From assembly GCF_009914755.1 (NCBI RefSeq), contig NC_060943.1: DNA of 64,000 bases. One strand, written 5' to 3'. A program made the translations under genes and the position numbers. Numbering within the stretch: the stretch's first letter is position 1; each line of letters opens with the position of its first letter. Below, piece by piece: positions 52,298 to 64,000 of this stretch. The notes beneath the pieces are model-generated. The model had not been told where the DNA came from. It saw only the letters and a program-made list of their open reading frames with translations, and did no database searches. Source of the DNA: the human T2T-CHM13v2.0 reference genome, Homo sapiens.

Positions 52298-53948
52298 CTA
52301 CTCAGGGGCTGAGTCAGGAGGATCACCTAAGCCCAAGGAATGGAGGTTCCATCATGATCTTGCCACTGTACTCCAGCCTGGGTGACAGAGCAAAATCCTG
52401 TCTCAAAGAACCAACAAACAAAAAGAAAAAAAAATACTCTTGCTTCCCAGAGTTTGGGGTGACTTTTTTTTTTTAAGACAGGGTCTCACTGTGTCACCTA
52501 GGCTGGAGTGCAGTGGTGCGATCATGGCTCACTGCAGCCTTGACCTCCCAGGCTCAGGTGATTCTTCAAGAGTTTGGGGTGACTGATTTTATCTGGGGGT
52601 GACTGTGAAGCAGGAATGCTTCTTGGAAGGATCTTACTCAGCAGAGAAGGAAACTGCAGGGCTGAAGAGGCAAACGGGACACATTTGGGAAGGGCCACAA
52701 ATGTGTCCCTTGGGAAAAAGTGGACAGCTGCATGGAAAAATTCTCCTCAAAAAGAATAGGAGGCTGGGCGCGGTGGCTCACACCTGTAATTCTAGCACTT
52801 TGAGAGGCCGAGGCGGGTGGATCACTTGAGGTCAGGAGTTCAAGACCAGCCTGGCCAACATGGTGAAACCCTGTCTCTACTAAAAATACAAAAATTAGCT
52901 TGGTGTGGTGGCGCATGCCTGTAATCCGAGCTGCTCTGGAGGCTGAGGCAGGAGAATGGCTTGAACCTGGGAGGCGGAGATGGCAAGATAGTGCCACTGC
53001 ACAACAGAGTGAGACTGTGTCAAAAAAAAAAAAAAAAAAAGGGAAAGGGGGCAAAATGGGCTGCTTTTCTTTCGTTTTCTTTTTTTTTTGAGAGGGAGTC
53101 TCCCTCTGTCGCCCAGGCTGGAGTGCAGTGGCGCCATCTCCGCTCACTGCAAGCTCCGCCTCCCGAGTTCACGCCATTCTCCTGCCTCAGCCTCCTGAGT
53201 AGCTTGGACTACAGGCGCCCGCCACCACACCTGGCTAATTTTTTGTATTTTTAGTAGAGACGGGGTTTCACTGTGTTAGCCAGGATGGTCTCGATCTTTT
53301 GGCCTCGTGATCCGCCCGCCTCAGCCTCCCAAAATGCTGGGATTACAGGCGTGAACCACCGCGCCCGGCCTGGGTTGCTTTTCTAAAAAGGTCTAACTCC
53401 CCGCATTGTCCTAGGGCTGAGGCGTCAGAAAGTCGAAGTTTCAGGAAAAGGGGACCCCTTCCTCCCACACTCAGATGCTGCTTAGAAAAGCACATGGAGC
53501 ACAACTCCCTCGCATTTTTCTTTTTCTTTCTTTCTTTTTGAGACGGAGTCTCACTGTCATCCAGGCTGGAGTGCAGTGGTGGATCTCGGCGCACTGCAAC
53601 CTGCCTCCCAGGTTCAAGCGGTTCTCCTGCCTCAGCCTCCCGAGTAGCTGGGACTATAGGCGCCCACTACCACGCCCGGCTAATTTTTGTATTTTTAGTA
53701 AAGACAGGGTTTCACCATCTTGGCCAGACTGGTCTCGAACTCCTGACCTCAGGTGATCCGCCCACCTCGGCTTCCCAAAGTGCTGGGATACAAGCGTGAG
53801 CCACCGCGCCCGATAACTTTCTTTTTTCTTTTTTTTGAGACAGGGTCTCGCTCTGTCGCCCAGGCTGGAGTGCAGTGGCACGATCTTGGCTCACTGCAGC
53901 CTCGACCTCTCGGTTCAAACGATCCTCCCACCTCAGCCTCCGGAGTAG

Positions 53949-54770
<822 letters not shown>

Positions 54771-55326
54771 TCGCAGCCCGTCGTAGCTGCCCCACGCCCG
54801 CCTGGCCAAGGCCGCCTCCGGTGCATTATGGGTGGGGAGCCCCTGCAGAGCACTGCGGGGAACCCCCTGCCCAGCCAGTTGCCGGCCGCCGGGTGGCCCA
54901 GGCGATCCGCCCTCCGGGGTCCCAGGGAGCCGGCCACGAATTGACTCGTCCCCCTAGGCCCCGCCCCTCGCGGGGTTCCCGCCCCGAAGTTTAAGTCCCG
55001 CCCCCGCATGGCCTTGAGTGGCTCTGCGGCCCGCTCCCATCTACCATTGGCAGGATGCCTGTCAGTCATTCCGTCCCGCCTCCTCGGACCCGCCCCGGCC
55101 GGCGGCGCGATCCCGAGAACCAGCCGGCCCGCGCACTCACTGGTCGTCATGCGCTGTCTGTCATGAAGCTGGCCACACCTTCCATGGGGTGCGGGTCCTG
55201 GGAGTCCTGGCTGGACCTCATTGGCTTGTGGCGCCTTCACTCGGAGAGACGCGCCTCAACCCGGAAGTGTGCGAGGCGAAATCTGCCTAGCAACCGGGGA
55301 AGCCGGGCTGTGAAGCGGGCAATTTC

Positions 55327-55622
55327 AGTGTGAGACTGAGCCGCGAGACTGAGCTGCGGCTCCGAGCGCTGCGCGGCGGCTCCTCCCGCCCAGGGTCAGC
55401 GCCCCGGCGCGCGCACGCGCACCCCCGCCGCCCGAGCGCGCCCCGCGCCGCCCGCGCAGTCGGTCGGTCGGTCGTCTGTCCTGTCGCCGCTGCCGCCGCC
55501 GCCACAGCGGCCGCCGCGGGCGCCACCTGAGGGAGTCGCCTCCGCGGGACGCCACAAGACCTGACCGGACTGCGCCGCCCGAGGCCGTCGGCCGCCGTCA
55601 GCGAGGGCGCCGAGCAACTTCG
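55327..55622 (+). other. GATAD2A: Non-coding first exon (5'UTR), assigned to GATAD2A; TSS approximate
   Basis: GC-rich exon with no ATG seen, ending at the strong donor TCG|GTGAGT (55623). The name comes from the known MAU2-GATAD2A gene order; no coding sequence is in the window. Confidence 0.75.
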
Positions 55623-55739
55623 GTGAGTAAGGGGCAGGCGCCGCTGGCGGGTCCCCGGTTTCCGGTGCCCCAGGCTCTCTGGGGCTTCCGCTTCTCCCGC
55701 ACTACCTTGGCCGAGTTTACTCCCTTCTCCACAGCACTT

Positions 55740-56770
55740 CCCCCTCAGGGGAGCCCCTGCTCTGGGCCCCCCCGCCTCTCCAGGGGACCCCCGCCTCTCT
55801 AGGAGACCCCGTCTCTCTTAGGGACCCTCGCCTCTCTTGGGGACACACCCGCCTCTCTAGGGGCCTCCCGCCTCTCCAGGAGACCCTTGCCTCTCTAGGG
55901 GACCCCGTCTCTCTTGGGGACCCCGTCTCTCCAGGCAGGGGATCCCATCTTTCTAGCGACCCCCACCTTTCTAGGGGACTTTCTTCCCATCTAGGGGACC
56001 CTTGCCTCTCTAGGGGACTCCCATCTCTCCAGGCAGGGGACCCCGCTTCTCTAGGGGAACGCTGCCTCTCTAGAGGATCCGTGCCTTTCTAGAGGATCCC
56101 CACCTCTCTAGGGGACCCCGTCTCTCTAGGGGACCTCGTCTCTAGGGAACCCCCGTCTCTCCGAGGGGAGCCCTGTCTCTCTAGGCGACCCTGCTTCTCT
56201 GAGGGGACAACCCCTCTTATCAGGGGCTCCCCCGCCTCTCTGAGGACCCCTGCCGGAGGGAACCCCCACCTCTCTGAGGAATCCTGCCTTTGACAGGAAC
56301 TAACTCCCTTCTTTGGGGATCCCCAACTCTTTGAGAATTCCCGGTTATCTGAGGGGACTCCCTTCTTCACTGAGGGTCCCTCTACTTTTCTCAGGAACCC
56401 ATCCTTTTGAGGGACCCCTGCCTCCCTAGAGACCCCTTCCTATCTGAGGACCCCCGCCTCTGAGGGGAGTCCCTTTCTCTGAGGGACCCCTGCCTCTTTG
56501 AGGGGAATCCCCATCTCTCTGAGAGACCCTCTGCCTCTCTGAGGGTCCCCCGCTTTCTTTGAGGGGCCCTGGCCTCTCTAAGACCCTATCCTCACTCCTC
56601 TAAGGAGAGACCCCTGATTCTATCAGGGTGTACTTTCTCTGAGGGATCCCCCACCTTTTGTGGACCCCTGGGGAACCCCTTCTTCCCCGGGGGACCCCTC
56701 TTTTCAGAAGACATTGCTGCTTCTCGGAGGAAGCCTTGCCTCTCTGTGGGGATCTCCCCACCCCCACCTC
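55740..56770. repeat. Degenerate ~20-bp tandem array (CTCTCTAGGGGACCCC.. drifting to CTCTGAGGGGACCCC..), start of GATAD2A intron 1
   Basis: Dozens of units read directly; faint continuation at 57105-57500 after an Alu. Confidence 0.9.
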
Positions 56771-56806
56771 TCTCAGCTGTGGTCCTACTTTTCTGACTTG
56801 TCCCCC

Positions 56807-64000
<7,194 letters not shown>

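Noticed and set aside
52449-52584. 16-bp direct repeat AGAGTTTGGGGTGACT
   Set aside because: Target-site duplication around a 5'-truncated antisense Alu

Overview
This is primate DNA, almost certainly human chr19p13.11, GC-rich and very Alu-dense, with no prokaryotic features. The + strand carries MAU2 (SCC4, cohesin-loader subunit). Exon 1 lies upstream of the window. Coding exons 2-19 (5219-25286) can be read with consistent splice phases, followed by a ~3 kb 3'UTR with two candidate poly(A) signals (27240 and 28236). About 26 kb of Alu-packed intergenic DNA follows, with L1M, MLT1, MER53, L2 and MIR relics. The window ends with a CpG-island promoter, a non-coding first exon (~55327-55622) and the start of intron 1 of a gene assigned to GATAD2A by gene order. 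Most long ORFs in the supplied track are Alu translations or GC-rich noise. I see no new gene or wholly new system. The most interesting signals are splice-related and concentrated in MAU2: an 18-nt microexon before a U12-type intron, a nested U2-type site pair that would create an in-frame stop, an orphan U12 branch point with a candidate poison exon, and an orphan U11-type site behind tandem donors. Together these might link MAU2 dosage to minor-spliceosome activity (hypothesis only). Also notable are oppositely oriented degenerate repeat arrays on both sides of the GATAD2A promoter.
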